Assembly: GCA_035539635.1 (NCBI GenBank)
Contig: DATLIE010000368.1
Coordinates: forward strand, 7,669 to 71,668
From: Burkholderiaceae bacterium
GTDB lineage: Bacteria; Pseudomonadota; Gammaproteobacteria; Burkholderiales; Burkholderiaceae_C
Length of the DNA stretch: 64,000 nucleotides
Direction: 5' to 3'
A model generated the notes under the pieces. That model was not told where the DNA came from. It searched no databases and was given only the letters and a program-made list of their open reading frames with translations. The position numbers and the translations under genes are program-made. Positions 28,299 to 39,000 of this stretch are shown piece after piece (positions within the stretch are counted from its first letter, which is position 1; every line of letters starts with the position of its first letter).

Positions 28299-30521
28299 CT
28301 AGTTCAGCAGCCTTGCGGGGTCGGCATCCAGCTTGGCCACGCGGACCGTGAGGGCCTCGTCCTGCGCCGGCAGCAGCAGGCCCGCCTGCAGGTAGGACGC
28401 CAGGCGGTTCTGCTCGAACAGCAGGCAGTGCCCGGTGGGCGTGACGAACAGCGAGAGGTGGCGCCGCATGCCCTGCCAGGCCAGCTGGACCGCCTCGGTC
28501 TTGCCGCCGTACTCCAGCATGTACCAGCTGCCGACCTGCAGCTCACGCGCCCACGACAGCATGGCCGGCGTGGGCATCGAACCGCCCTCGCCGACCACTT
28601 CGAGCTCGCTGCTGTCGTCGCCGGAAAGGTCGAGCATCAGGGTCTGGTCGAGCTGCACGTCGCCGGCATCGGGCAACAGCTCCTCCAGCGTCTCCAGCCG
28701 CTCGCGCAGTTCCTCGAAGCGGTCGGGCGGGATCGCCGCCGCCTTGGCCGAGAACGCCGCGGCCAGCGACTCGTTGAGCGAGCGCACATGCTCGTCGCGC
28801 TTGTCGGCCGGCACGCCCGCCGACTCCATGCCCTCGCGCAACTTCTTCAGCAGCGGCGGCAGCTTGCGGATCACCTCGGCGCGCTCCTCGCGCGTGACCT
28901 TGGCCCCGGCCGACCAGATCAGGTCGCCGGCCGCCGCGCGCATGGCCTTGGTGGCCTCGCTTTGGGCACCGTTGCGCACCGAGGTGACGGCCATCACGTC
29001 GGCCCAGACCTGGAACAGGAACTGGCGCACGCCCTCCTGCACCGGCACCTCGTTGAGCAGCTTGCGCAACTCGATCGTGTACTGGATCGCCAGCGTCTCG
29101 CGCTGTTCGACCTGCTGCGCCAGCGACACACCCTTGCGCGTCGCGGCGTCGCTCTTGAAGTAGTTCTCGAGAAAGCGCTCGAACTCGGTCAGCACGGTCT
29201 GGAACACGCGCCGGCCCGTGTCGGGGTAAGCCTCGACCACCTGCACGATGCGCTTGATCTCGGTCTCCAGCGCGTCGCTGACCGCGCGCGCGGTGGCCTC
29301 GAAACCCATCACGCAGGCACCCATGCGGTCGATCAGACGCCGCGCCGGATGGTCGATGGTGGCAAAGAAGTCGGGCTCCCCGACCGCCACGCGCAGCACC
29401 GGCATCTGCAGGCGGGCAAACCACACGCGCACCGAGGCCGGGATGCGTTCCTCGGTCAGGATGGCCTGGAACAGCAGCGCGACGATCTCGATCGTCGCGC
29501 GCTCGACCGGCGACTCCGCGGCGCGCTTGAGCGCCTGCTTGCGTGCCTGCAGTTCTTCCAGCAGCGCCGGCGACACCGTGGCCACCTGGGCCGTGCCGTC
29601 GCCGGACAGGCGGCGCTGCACGCCGACCTGCGCACTGCCGATGGCGGCCGACAGGCCCGGCGACACCGTGCGCTGGCCGACATGGGCCGTGTGCGCGAAC
29701 GCCGGCACCTGGCGTTCGATCATGCGGGTCAGGCGCGTCAGGACCGCCGTGGCGTTGTCGGCGGAACCGGGCGGCCCCGACGGCGCGCTGGCGACACCCG
29801 AGCGCGTCATCAGCCGCGTCTCCTCGGCCTGGCTGCCGTAACCCGTGGTCGACCCGCCACGCGTGCGCCGGATCAGCGGACGCAGGTCGATGTCGGCCAT
29901 CACGTTGTGCGCGACCAGCACGCTGTTGGCCTCGTGGTAAGCCTCCTGCACCAGCGTGGCGAACTCCTCGTGCAGCACCGGCTGCAGGTCGCGCAGCGCG
30001 GCGTCCGGCAGGCCGGCTTCGGCCCAGGCATCGACCACGAAACGCGCCAGCACGTGGGAGCGCAGCAGGTCGTTCGGGTCGAGTTCCTCGCGCCGCTCGA
30101 GCAGCGCGACGCGGGCGCGCAGGTCGTTGAACTCTTCGCCGGCTCGGTCCATGACCGCCAGCGCCAGGCGCGACGCAGTGATCTCGCGCTCGATCGTCTG
30201 GTCGTCGACCAGCGACAGCTTGCGCGCCTGGGTGTTCATCATCGTGTCGCCACCGACGGACGACCCGGCCCCGTGATGCAACGCGTGCTGAAGCGCGGCC
30301 ACCATGCCCTGGTGCCAGGCCACGCCGTGGCGCTTCAGGTCGGCAGCCAGGTCGCGCAAGCGCATCAGCGTGGCCGGGTCGGCGCCCGGCGCGACCCGCT
30401 CGGGCGAGATCGCCCAATGCGACACCGTGGTGACCAGCGGCGGCAGGCCCTTCACCAGCTCTTCGGTGTACACGCGCCTGGCCTGGTAGGCCAAGCCCGT
30501 GCTCTCGCCGATGGTCGCCAT
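28299..30521 (-). CDS. DUF1631-like 740-aa protein, unknown function
   Basis: Size and the C-terminal pattern (LQVGSWYMLEY...VQLAWQG...LSLFV) match my recollection of DUF1631. No catalytic motif recognised. Confidence 0.55.
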   Translation of the reverse strand: MATIGESTGLAYQARRVYTEELVKGLPPLVTTVSHWAISPERVAPGADPATLMRLRDLAADLKRHGVAWHQGMVAALQHALHHGAGSSVGGDTMMNTQARKLSLVDDQTIEREITASRLALAVMDRAGEEFNDLRARVALLERREELDPNDLLRSHVLARFVVDAWAEAGLPDAALRDLQPVLHEEFATLVQEAYHEANSVLVAHNVMADIDLRPLIRRTRGGSTTGYGSQAEETRLMTRSGVASAPSGPPGSADNATAVLTRLTRMIERQVPAFAHTAHVGQRTVSPGLSAAIGSAQVGVQRRLSGDGTAQVATVSPALLEELQARKQALKRAAESPVERATIEIVALLFQAILTEERIPASVRVWFARLQMPVLRVAVGEPDFFATIDHPARRLIDRMGACVMGFEATARAVSDALETEIKRIVQVVEAYPDTGRRVFQTVLTEFERFLENYFKSDAATRKGVSLAQQVEQRETLAIQYTIELRKLLNEVPVQEGVRQFLFQVWADVMAVTSVRNGAQSEATKAMRAAAGDLIWSAGAKVTREERAEVIRKLPPLLKKLREGMESAGVPADKRDEHVRSLNESLAAAFSAKAAAIPPDRFEELRERLETLEELLPDAGDVQLDQTLMLDLSGDDSSELEVVGEGGSMPTPAMLSWARELQVGSWYMLEYGGKTEAVQLAWQGMRRHLSLFVTPTGHCLLFEQNRLASYLQAGLLLPAQDEALTVRVAKLDADPARLLN

Positions 30522-30579
30522 GGTGATGCTGCTGTAGAGGCCTGTTGTTACAAGGACTCTACACCAGGGCCCGGCGCAT

Positions 30580-31611
30580 TCAGACCATGGCGCCGGCGTT
30601 CGGGTCGTTCGGATCGCCGCCCTTTGAGGCAGCTTTCACGAGGTCCTCGCGTTTGACGCGCAGCCACATCACGATGGCCGCAGCGACGAACACCGACGAG
30701 TAGATGCCGAACAGGATGCCGATCGTCAGCGCCAGCGCAAAGTAGTGCAGCGTCGGCCCCCCGAAGACCAGCATCGACACCACCATCATCAGCGTCGAGC
30801 CGTGGGTGATGATGGTGCGGCTGATGGTCGAGGTGATGGCGTGGTCGATCACCTGTTCGGTGTCGAGCTTGCGAAACTTGCGGAAGGTCTCGCGCACGCG
30901 GTCGAAGATAACCACCGACTCGTTCACCGAATAGCCCAGCACCGCCAGCACCGCCGCCAGCACCGCGAGCGAGAACTCCCACTGGAAGTAGGCGAAGAAT
31001 CCGAGAATGATCACCACGTCGTGCAGGTTGGCGACGATGCCGGCCACCGAGAACTTCCACTCGAAGCGGAACATCAGGTACAGCATGATGCCGGCGATGG
31101 TCACCAGCAGCGCCCGTGCGCCGTCGTAGGCGAGCTCCTCGCCCACCGTCGGGCCGACGAACTCGGTGCGCGACAGCGTCAGCGGCTCCTTGTCGCCGAC
31201 CGCGCAGGCCTTGCGCGCCACCTGCTCGCCCTGCGGCGTCGTGTAGCTCTTGTCCACCACGTTGCCCGACTCGGCCTTGCACAGCTCGGCGAACACGCGC
31301 GCCGCCACGGCGTCCTGCTTGTCGCCCTGGCGCAGCGGCAGGCGGATCAGCACGTCGCGCGAGGTGCCGAAGTTCTGCACCTGCACCTCGCCGAAGCCGA
31401 GCGCCTCGACCGTAGCGCGCGTCTTGGCGATGTCGGCCGGCTGCGAGTACGCCACCTCCATCACGGTGCCGCCGGTGAACTCGATCGACAGGTGCAGGCC
31501 GCGCGTCACCAGGAAGAACACCGCGGCGACGAACGTGAGGAACGAGATCGCGTTCAGCACCAGTGCGTGGCGCATGAACGGGATGTCGCGGTGGATGCGG
31601 AAGAACTCCAT
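30580..31611 (-). CDS. secF: Protein translocase subunit SecF
   Basis: MEFFRIHRDIPFMRHALV..., IEFTGGT. Confidence 0.95.
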   Translation of the reverse strand: MEFFRIHRDIPFMRHALVLNAISFLTFVAAVFFLVTRGLHLSIEFTGGTVMEVAYSQPADIAKTRATVEALGFGEVQVQNFGTSRDVLIRLPLRQGDKQDAVAARVFAELCKAESGNVVDKSYTTPQGEQVARKACAVGDKEPLTLSRTEFVGPTVGEELAYDGARALLVTIAGIMLYLMFRFEWKFSVAGIVANLHDVVIILGFFAYFQWEFSLAVLAAVLAVLGYSVNESVVIFDRVRETFRKFRKLDTEQVIDHAITSTISRTIITHGSTLMMVVSMLVFGGPTLHYFALALTIGILFGIYSSVFVAAAIVMWLRVKREDLVKAASKGGDPNDPNAGAMV

Positions 31612-31614
31612 GGC

Positions 31615-33519
31615 TCAGGCCTCCGCTTGGTCGGTCTTCGTGGCCGGCTCGACGGCCGCACCGGGCGTCGCGGCCGGCTTCCAGACCTGGCCGATCGACA
31701 CGCTCTTCAACTTCTTCTGACGCCCATACCACAGGTTCACGAGGCCGCGCGAGAACACGACCGCGGAGAACATCGACGTCAGGATGCCCAGACAGTGCAC
31801 GACGGCAAAGCCCTTGACCGGGCCCGAACCGAACGCGAACAGCGCCAAGCCGGCGATGAGGGTCGTGATGTTGGAGTCGAGGATCGTGCCCCAGGCGCGC
31901 TCGTAGCCGGTCTGGATCGCCATCTGCGCGCTCACGCCGGCGCGCAGTTCCTCGCGCACGCGTTCGTTGATCAGCACGTTGGCGTCGATCGCCATGCCCA
32001 GCGTCAGCGCGATGGCCGCGATGCCCGGCAGCGTCAGCGTGGCCTGCAGCATCGACAGCAGAGCCACCAGCAGCAGCAGGTTGAAAGCCAGCGCCAGCGT
32101 CGAGAAGACGCCGAACAGCAGGTAGTAGGCGCACATGAACAGGGCAATCGCCGCGAAGCCGTAGCTCACGCTGTCGAAGCCCTTGCCGATGTTCTCGGCG
32201 CCCAGGCTGGGGCCGATCGTGCGCTCCTCGATGATCTCCATCGGTGCGGCGAGCGAACCGGCGCGCAGCAGCAGCGCGGTGTCGCTGGCCTCCTGCGTCG
32301 TCATGCGGCCCGAGATCTGGAAACGCGCGCCGAGCTCGCCGCGGATCACCGGTGCGGTGATGACCTCGCCCTTGCCCTTCTCGAACAGCACGATGGCCAT
32401 GCGCTTGCCAATGTTCTCGCGCGAGACGTCGCGCATGATGCGCGCGCCTTTGGCGTCCACCGTCAGGTCGACCTTCGGTTCCTGGTTCTGGCTGTCGAAG
32501 CCGGGTTGGGCGTCGGTCAGGCTGTCGCCGGTGATGATGACCTGGCGCTTCAAGATCAGCGGCGCGCCGCCACGCTCGACATAACGCTCGGCACCGAAAG
32601 GCACCGGCGCCGAGCCGACTGCCGCTGCGGCGGCCTCGGCGCTGTCGTCCACCATGCGCATCTCGAGCGTCGCCGTGCGGCCGATGATGTCCTTGGCCTT
32701 GGCCGTGTCCTGCACGCCGGGCAGCTGCACCACCACGCGGTCGAGGCCCTGCTGCTGGATCACCGGCTCGGCCACGCCGAGCTCGTTGACGCGGTTGTGC
32801 AGCGTCGTGATGTTCTGTTTGACCGCCTGGTCCTGGATGCGGCGTGCCGCTTCGGGCTTGAGCGTGCCGGTGAGCTTGAAGCCTTCGCCCTCGGCGCTCT
32901 CGACCCATGCCAGGTCCGGCAGGTTGTCGCCGAGCTGGTTGCGCGCGCCGTCGGCTGCCGCCCTGTCGCGCAGGCGCACCTCGACGTTGTTGCCGTCGCG
33001 CGTGACCGCGGCACGGATGCCCTTGTCACGCAGCAGCGTGCGTGCGTCGCCGCTGTAGGCCTCGGCGCGCTTGGTCAGCGCCGCCTTCATGTCGACCTGC
33101 ATCAGGAAGTGCACGCCGCCGCGCAGGTCCAGGCCCAGGTACATCGGCAGCGCGCGCAGGCTGGCCATCCACTGCGGCGAACGCGACACCAGGTTCAGCG
33201 CGACGATGTAGGAAGGATCGGCCGCGTCGGGGTTGAGCGCCTTGGCGATGGCGTCCTTGGCCTTGATCTGCGTGTCGGTGTCGGCAAAGCGGGCGCGCAC
33301 CGAGTTGCCCTCGAGCTGAACGAAGTCGGCGCCGATCTGCGCCGCCGACAGCGCCGACTGCACGCGGCCGAGCAGCGCGCTGTCGACCTTGACCGTGGCC
33401 TTGCCCGACGACACCTGCACCGCAGGCGACTCGCCGAAGAAGTTGGGCGCCGTGTACAGCGCACCGACCACCAGCGCGATCAACAGGATCGCGTACTTCC
33501 ACCAGGGGTAGCGGTTCAT
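31615..33519 (-). CDS. secD: Protein translocase subunit SecD
   Basis: MNRYPWWKYAILLIALVVG..., LGLDLRGGVHF, and a C-terminal RND-like membrane domain. Confidence 0.95.
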   Translation of the reverse strand: MNRYPWWKYAILLIALVVGALYTAPNFFGESPAVQVSSGKATVKVDSALLGRVQSALSAAQIGADFVQLEGNSVRARFADTDTQIKAKDAIAKALNPDAADPSYIVALNLVSRSPQWMASLRALPMYLGLDLRGGVHFLMQVDMKAALTKRAEAYSGDARTLLRDKGIRAAVTRDGNNVEVRLRDRAAADGARNQLGDNLPDLAWVESAEGEGFKLTGTLKPEAARRIQDQAVKQNITTLHNRVNELGVAEPVIQQQGLDRVVVQLPGVQDTAKAKDIIGRTATLEMRMVDDSAEAAAAAVGSAPVPFGAERYVERGGAPLILKRQVIITGDSLTDAQPGFDSQNQEPKVDLTVDAKGARIMRDVSRENIGKRMAIVLFEKGKGEVITAPVIRGELGARFQISGRMTTQEASDTALLLRAGSLAAPMEIIEERTIGPSLGAENIGKGFDSVSYGFAAIALFMCAYYLLFGVFSTLALAFNLLLLVALLSMLQATLTLPGIAAIALTLGMAIDANVLINERVREELRAGVSAQMAIQTGYERAWGTILDSNITTLIAGLALFAFGSGPVKGFAVVHCLGILTSMFSAVVFSRGLVNLWYGRQKKLKSVSIGQVWKPAATPGAAVEPATKTDQAEA

Positions 33520-33561
33520 CGGCGAAGGCCTCGAGCCAGCGCGGCCGGGGCCGCGCTCGGA

Positions 33562-33885
33562 TTACTTGATGGTGCCCTTGGGCAGAACCTGCACGATCGC
33601 CGTGCGCTGCACCATCAGCTCGTTGCTGCCGGCCTCGATCGACACGTAGGTGTCGCCAAGCTTGCTGACCTTGCCCAGCAGCCCGCCGGCGGTCACGACC
33701 TCGTCGCCCTTGGCCAGCGCCTCGATCATCGCCTTGTGCTCCTTCTGGCGCTTCATCTGCGGGCGGATCATGATGAAGTACAGCACCACGAACATCAGCA
33801 CCAGCGGCAGCAGCGTGATGAAGGTGGATTCGGCGCCGCCCGCGGCGGCAGGCGCGGCTTGCGCGTAAGCGGTGGAGATGAACAC
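33562..33885 (-). CDS. yajC: Preprotein translocase subunit YajC
   Basis: The GTG start gives (M)FISTAYAQ..., the typical YajC N-terminus, followed by IRPQMKRQKEH. Confidence 0.85.
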   Translation of the reverse strand: MFISTAYAQAAPAAAGGAESTFITLLPLVLMFVVLYFIMIRPQMKRQKEHKAMIEALAKGDEVVTAGGLLGKVSKLGDTYVSIEAGSNELMVQRTAIVQVLPKGTIK

Positions 33886-34070
33886 TTGCGGGTCCTCGTC
33901 GTTGCGGGGGGAGAGCAGCTGCGGCAGTTGCGGCCGCGTCGGCACGTTTGCAAGGGCGCGCGGCCGAGGGTGAACCCTCGTGCCGCATCCAGTGCCCTGG
34001 CTGCCGCCGAAAAGCGCGGAATTCTAGTCGATCGGCCCCTGCCGGCCACGCCGCCTAAGATCGCGACCGC

Positions 34071-35270
34071 ATGAAAACGCTGCGCATCGCGGTCATCGGA
34101 GCCGGCCCGGTCGGGCTGGCGCTGTCGCTGCTGGCCGCACGCCAGTTGCCGGTGGCCCAGGTCGTGCTGTACGACGCGCGGCCGGCCGCGCACGACGTGT
34201 CGGGCGACGCGCGCACGCTGGCACTGTCGCTCGGCAGCCTGCAACTGCTCGAACGGCTGGATGCCTGGGATGGCACGCATGCCGAACCCATCCGCGAGGT
34301 GCGGGTGTCGCAGCAGTCGCCGGTGCTCGCCGTGCCGACCTGGCTGGGCGCGCCCGAGGTGCGGCTGAAGGCGGGCGACCTCGCGGTGCCGATGCTCGGT
34401 GCCGTGATCGGCTACGGGGCGCTGGTCGCACCGATGCAGCGCGCATGGGAAGCCGTGGTGGCCGCCGAGCCCGAGCGGCTGGGCAGCCGCTTCGGCACGC
34501 CGGTGGCCGCGCTGAAGGACCTGGTCGACGGCGTCGAGGTCGACGCCGGGGTGGCCGAGGCGTTCGACCTGGCCGTGGTGGCCGAGGGCGGGGTGTTCGG
34601 TGAGCAGAGGGCGCTCGCGGACCTGACCAGCGACTACCGACAGGACGCCTGGGTCGGCACCGTCACGCTCGAGGGCGCCGTGCCGGGCCTGGCGATCGAA
34701 CGCTTCACGCGCCACGGGCCGGCCGCCCTGTTGCCGCTGGGCGCGGGCCGCGCGGCGCTGGTGTGGTGCGTGCCGCGCGACGACGACCCGGTGCGCGACC
34801 TGGACGATGCGCAGCGCGTCGCGGTGCTCAACACGGTGTTCGACCCCGCCGCCGGCCGCATCGCCGCCGTGTCGCCGCTGAAGTGCTTCCCGCTCGGCCT
34901 CGCCGCACACCGCAGCCTGGTCCGCGCGCGCCAGGTGCGCATCGGCAATGCGGCGCAGACCCTGCACCCCGTGGCAGGCCAGGGCCTGAACCTGGGCCTG
35001 CGCGACGCCTATGCGCTGGCCGCGGCATTGCGCGACGCCTGTGACCGCAGTCGCGTGGCCCCGGACCTGGATGCTGCGCTCTCGCGCGTGGCCTGGCAAC
35101 GCGCGCCCGATCGCTGGGCCATGATCGCCACCACCGACTTCCTCGCGCGCAGCTTCACCTGGAACGCACCGGGCATCGACACGCTGCGTGGCGCCGGCCT
35201 CGCCCTGCTCGGCCGCCTGCCGTGGGTCAAGGACGCGCTCGCGCGCCAGATGATGTTCGGCAGCCGCTGA
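34071..35270 (+). CDS. FAD-dependent monooxygenase, UbiH/UbiF/VisC/COQ6 family
   Basis: IAVIGAGPVGLALSL (GxGxxG) and a later GNAAQTLHPVAGQGLNLG motif. Confidence 0.75.
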   Translation: MKTLRIAVIGAGPVGLALSLLAARQLPVAQVVLYDARPAAHDVSGDARTLALSLGSLQLLERLDAWDGTHAEPIREVRVSQQSPVLAVPTWLGAPEVRLKAGDLAVPMLGAVIGYGALVAPMQRAWEAVVAAEPERLGSRFGTPVAALKDLVDGVEVDAGVAEAFDLAVVAEGGVFGEQRALADLTSDYRQDAWVGTVTLEGAVPGLAIERFTRHGPAALLPLGAGRAALVWCVPRDDDPVRDLDDAQRVAVLNTVFDPAAGRIAAVSPLKCFPLGLAAHRSLVRARQVRIGNAAQTLHPVAGQGLNLGLRDAYALAAALRDACDRSRVAPDLDAALSRVAWQRAPDRWAMIATTDFLARSFTWNAPGIDTLRGAGLALLGRLPWVKDALARQMMFGSR

Positions 35271-36071
35271 TCAGAGCCTGCGGTGCGCGAGCGCCGGCAG
35301 TTGCTGGCGCACCGCCGCGAGGCGCGCCGGGTCCACGTCCGCCAGCACCACGCCCTCCCCCTCGGGCCGCACCGCGAGCACCTCGCCCCAGGGGTCGACG
35401 ATCATGCTGTGGCCCCATGTACGGCGGCCGTTCTCGTGCGTGCCGCCTTGCGCGGCGGCGATCACGTAGCACTGGTTCTCGACCGCCCGCGCGCGCAGCA
35501 GCAGTTCCCAATGCGCGCGGCCGGTCGTGTAGGTGAACGCCGCGGGCACGCTCAGCAGGTCGCACGGCGGCGTGCCCAGCGCCCGGTACAGCTCCGGGAA
35601 ACGCAGGTCGTAGCAGACCGACAAGCCCACGCGCAGCGCGCCGGCCTGCACGGCCACCGGCTCGCCGCCGGCTTCGAGCACGCGCGCCTCGTCGTAGCTT
35701 TCGCGCCCGCTGTCGAAGCGGAACAGGTGCAGCTTGTCGTAGCGCGCCGCCAGCGTGCCGTCGGGCGCATACACGCAGCAGGCGTTGCGCGCGCGCTCCG
35801 GGGTCGCACAGCGCAGCGGCAGCGTGCCGCCGATCAGCCACAGGCCGTGCTGCTTCGCCTGCGCGGCGAGGAAGCGCTGGATCGGTCCGTCCCCCGGTGC
35901 TTCGGCGACCGTCAGCTTGTCGGCATCGCTGCGCCCCATCAGGCAGAAGTACTCGGGCAGCAGCGCGAGCTGCGCGCCGGCGCGCACGGCCTCGTCGATC
36001 AGGCGCGCCGCGGTGTCGAGGTTGCGGTCGACATCGGGCGTCGCGACGGTCTGCAGGGCGGCGATCTTCAT
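35271..36071 (-). CDS. Carbon-nitrogen hydrolase family protein (nitrilase superfamily)
   Basis: MKIAALQT..., LPEYF, VCYDLRFPE (catalytic Cys context), YDKLHLF. Only the last 266 codons of the 963-aa track ORF. Confidence 0.85.
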   Translation of the reverse strand: MKIAALQTVATPDVDRNLDTAARLIDEAVRAGAQLALLPEYFCLMGRSDADKLTVAEAPGDGPIQRFLAAQAKQHGLWLIGGTLPLRCATPERARNACCVYAPDGTLAARYDKLHLFRFDSGRESYDEARVLEAGGEPVAVQAGALRVGLSVCYDLRFPELYRALGTPPCDLLSVPAAFTYTTGRAHWELLLRARAVENQCYVIAAAQGGTHENGRRTWGHSMIVDPWGEVLAVRPEGEGVVLADVDPARLAAVRQQLPALAHRRL

Positions 36072-36088
36072 GACGGGGCCTCGATCCT

Positions 36089-39000
36089 TCACGACGCCGG
36101 TTTCGGTGCCGGCGCGCCCGCCGGTGCGGACGGCGCCGCATCGAACTCGGGAATCGGCTCGCCGGGCTTGCGCTCCACGCGCTCGATCTTCGGCTCGTCC
36201 CAGCTGCCCTGCACCGTGAACTCGCGCGTGCTCGCGGCCATCAGCGGGCGGCGCAGGAACATCTGCGCCAGAAAGGTCCCCAGGCCGATCGCCGGGTTGA
36301 TCGCCGCATAGGCCAGCGACGCGGTGCCGGCGTTGATCTCGGGCACGACGACGACGCGCAGGTTCTGCGTCTCGCGCTGCAGGTCGGCGTGGCCTTCCAT
36401 CAGCACCGCGGCCTGCACGCCGCGCATGCGCAGGTTGCGCGTGGCGGCCACGCCGTCGTTGATCGTCACGTCGCCGCTGACGTTGTCGAACGCGAAGCCT
36501 TCCTGGAACAGGTCCCGGAAGTCCAGCACCAGCCGCCGCGGCAGCGACTGCAGGCTCAGCACCGACAGCAGGCGCCCCGCGCCCGGCCCCGCCTTCAGGA
36601 ACTGGCCGTTCTCGATCGACAGGTCCAGCTTGCCGTCGAGGCTCGGCACATGAAACGCCAGCGGCGAACCGGCCCAGGACACCTGACCGCCCATGTGCCC
36701 CTTGCCGCCGCGCAGCGTGCCCGGGAAGCCCAGGCGGTCGAGGAAGGCCCCGCTGTCGGCCAGGTCGAGCTTGAAGTCCATCACCATGCGCTGCGCCGCA
36801 GCCCCGCCGGCCTGCCACTGGCCGGTGCCCGTGAGCTGGGCCTCCGGGTTGGTGAGGACGAAGCGCGTCATGCGCCACTCGCGCGGGCCGCGGTTGACCG
36901 CCTCGACCTCGACGCGGCCGAGCTTCTTGCCGCGCAATTCGAAGTTGTCGATCACGATGTCCAGCGCCGGCACGGTCGACGGCGCGTCGGCGAGCAGGTT
37001 CTCGACCGAGCTGGCGTCCGACGGCGGCAGCGCCAGGCGCGCCAGGCGCGCGTACACGCGCCCGGGCGCGGCCGGGCCGCGGCCCGCGCGGTACTCGACA
37101 TAGCCACCAAGCTGATCGGCGTCGAGGCTGCCGCGCCAAGTGCCGTCGGCCGCATCCTGGCTCACGCCGGCCACCAGGTTGGTCAGGCGCCGGCCCTCCG
37201 AGCTCAGCGCCTGCGCGCGCAGGGCCACGGTGCGCGGCAGGTAGCCGTCTTCGGCCGTGCCCGGCGATGTGCCGGCCGGGCCTTGCACCTTGGCCAGCGC
37301 CGCCTGCCAGGCGTCGGCGTCGACGGCGCCCAGCGCCAGCACGGCGTGCACGCCGCGCTCCGGCAGCGGCGGCGCTGGCTCGAGCACGCCGATCGCGCCA
37401 CGCACCGGCTGCAGGCTGCCGTCGGCCCCCGCCTCGCGCTGGTACTGCGCCGTGATCACATTGCCGAGTTCGACGCGCAAGGTGTCGCGCGAGGCGCTGT
37501 CGGGGGCGACGCGGCTCTCGATGCGCAGCGGCCAGGCCGCCTCGGCCGGCTTCCTCAGCGGTGTCGGCAGGTCGATGGCGAGTCCCGCCAGCGAACTGGT
37601 CAGCGTGACCTCGGTGTGCCCGCGCACGACGCCCAGCGCCAGGCGGTAGGGCGCCTGGCCGCTCGTCAGCGCCGCCAGGCGTGACAGGCCGCCGAGCTCG
37701 CCCGCCCGCCGCACGCCGTCGGCCGTCGCCACGCCTTGCGCCGTGAAGCGCAGGGTGCCGTCGGCCTGCGAGCCGCCCTCGAAGCTGGTGTCGCCGCCCA
37801 GCACGCGCGCGCTGCCGCCCGCCACCGTGAGCGCCTTCTGCGTGAAGCCGATGCGGGCCTTGGCATTGCCCAGCAGTGGCGCGCCGGGCGTGAGTCGCAG
37901 GTCGTTGCCGGCCAGCAGCACCGAGCCCTGCACGGTGCTGCGATCGAGGTCGGCCAACGGCAGTTCCAGCGCCAGCTTCAGCTCCGTGCTGCCGCCGGCG
38001 CTGGCCTCGCGCAGCGCCTGCCCCGTCCACGCGCCGACCGGCGTGCTGTTGACGTAGCGCAGCATGTCGCCCGCCGGGCCGCGCACCTGCCCGTCCAGAC
38101 GCAGCACCGAGTGGCCCAGGTCGCGGATGCCGCCGTTGACCTTGCTCAGTTCGACGCCCCACAGGCGCGCCGACGCGTTGCGGATCTCCATCGACGTGCG
38201 GTCGAACACCAGGTCACCCGCCACGCCGCTGAACGCGGGCCACGCCGACGGCGCCCCGTCGCCGCCCGGCACGTAGGTCAGGGCCACGTCCTCGACCTTC
38301 CCGACAATGCGGAACTCGCCCGACGCTGGCGCCGGCTTGGCGCCAGCGGTGGCCGTAGGCACGAACGGAAAGTCCCACAGGTCACCCTTGACCTTGAAGG
38401 TCGCGCCGGTCACCCGGCCATCGGTGACAGCGTGCTGGACGTACTGGCGCACGGACTCGGGCACCCCCAGCGGCAGGTAGGTCGCCACCGCGGCAGCGCG
38501 CCCGCGGCTCAACTGGCCGGCCAGGTCGAGCTGGCCCGGGAAGCGCGCGCCGCGGCCGGAGCCGGCGCCCGCGCCGGTGCGCCACTGCGCCGTCGTCAGC
38601 TGACCTTGCGCATCGGCGTTGGCGAACTGGGTGTCGGCCAAGCTCACCTCGACCATCGGCGGCGCGCCACCGGCCTGCGGCGTGAGGCGCCAGGCCAGGC
38701 GCGTGCTGAAGCGGTCGAGCGCCACCTCGGGCTGCTCGAACACGCCGGGGACGATCAGCGCGCCCTGGTCGATCGCCAGCCTGGCGCGACCCCCGGCTTC
38801 GCTGGCGTCGAGTTCGAGGCTGGCGTTGCGCCAGCCGGGCCGTCCCAGGTGACCCGGCTCGGCCGCTGGGGCGGCCGCGATCGACAGCCCGGCCGCCTGG
38901 GCCTTGAGCTGATATCGCCGCGGCGCGTCCAGCGGCCCCTCCCAGCGCGCCGAGAGCTCGCGCACCTGCCCGCTCGGCGCCAGCTCGGCGAGCAGCTTGT

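Noticed and set aside
28206-30656. 816-aa plus-strand ORF, plus the 624-aa alternative minus frame (28543-30417)
   Set aside because: Both overlap the 740-aa frame, which has a balanced amino-acid composition. The alternatives are Arg/Gly/Ala-rich.
30745-34074. 1109-aa plus-strand ORF
   Set aside because: It lies antisense to secF, secD and yajC.
35271-38162. 963-aa minus-strand ORF
   Set aside because: Only the last 266 codons (from MKIAALQT) form the C-N hydrolase. The upstream part is an out-of-frame read through the YhdP-like gene.
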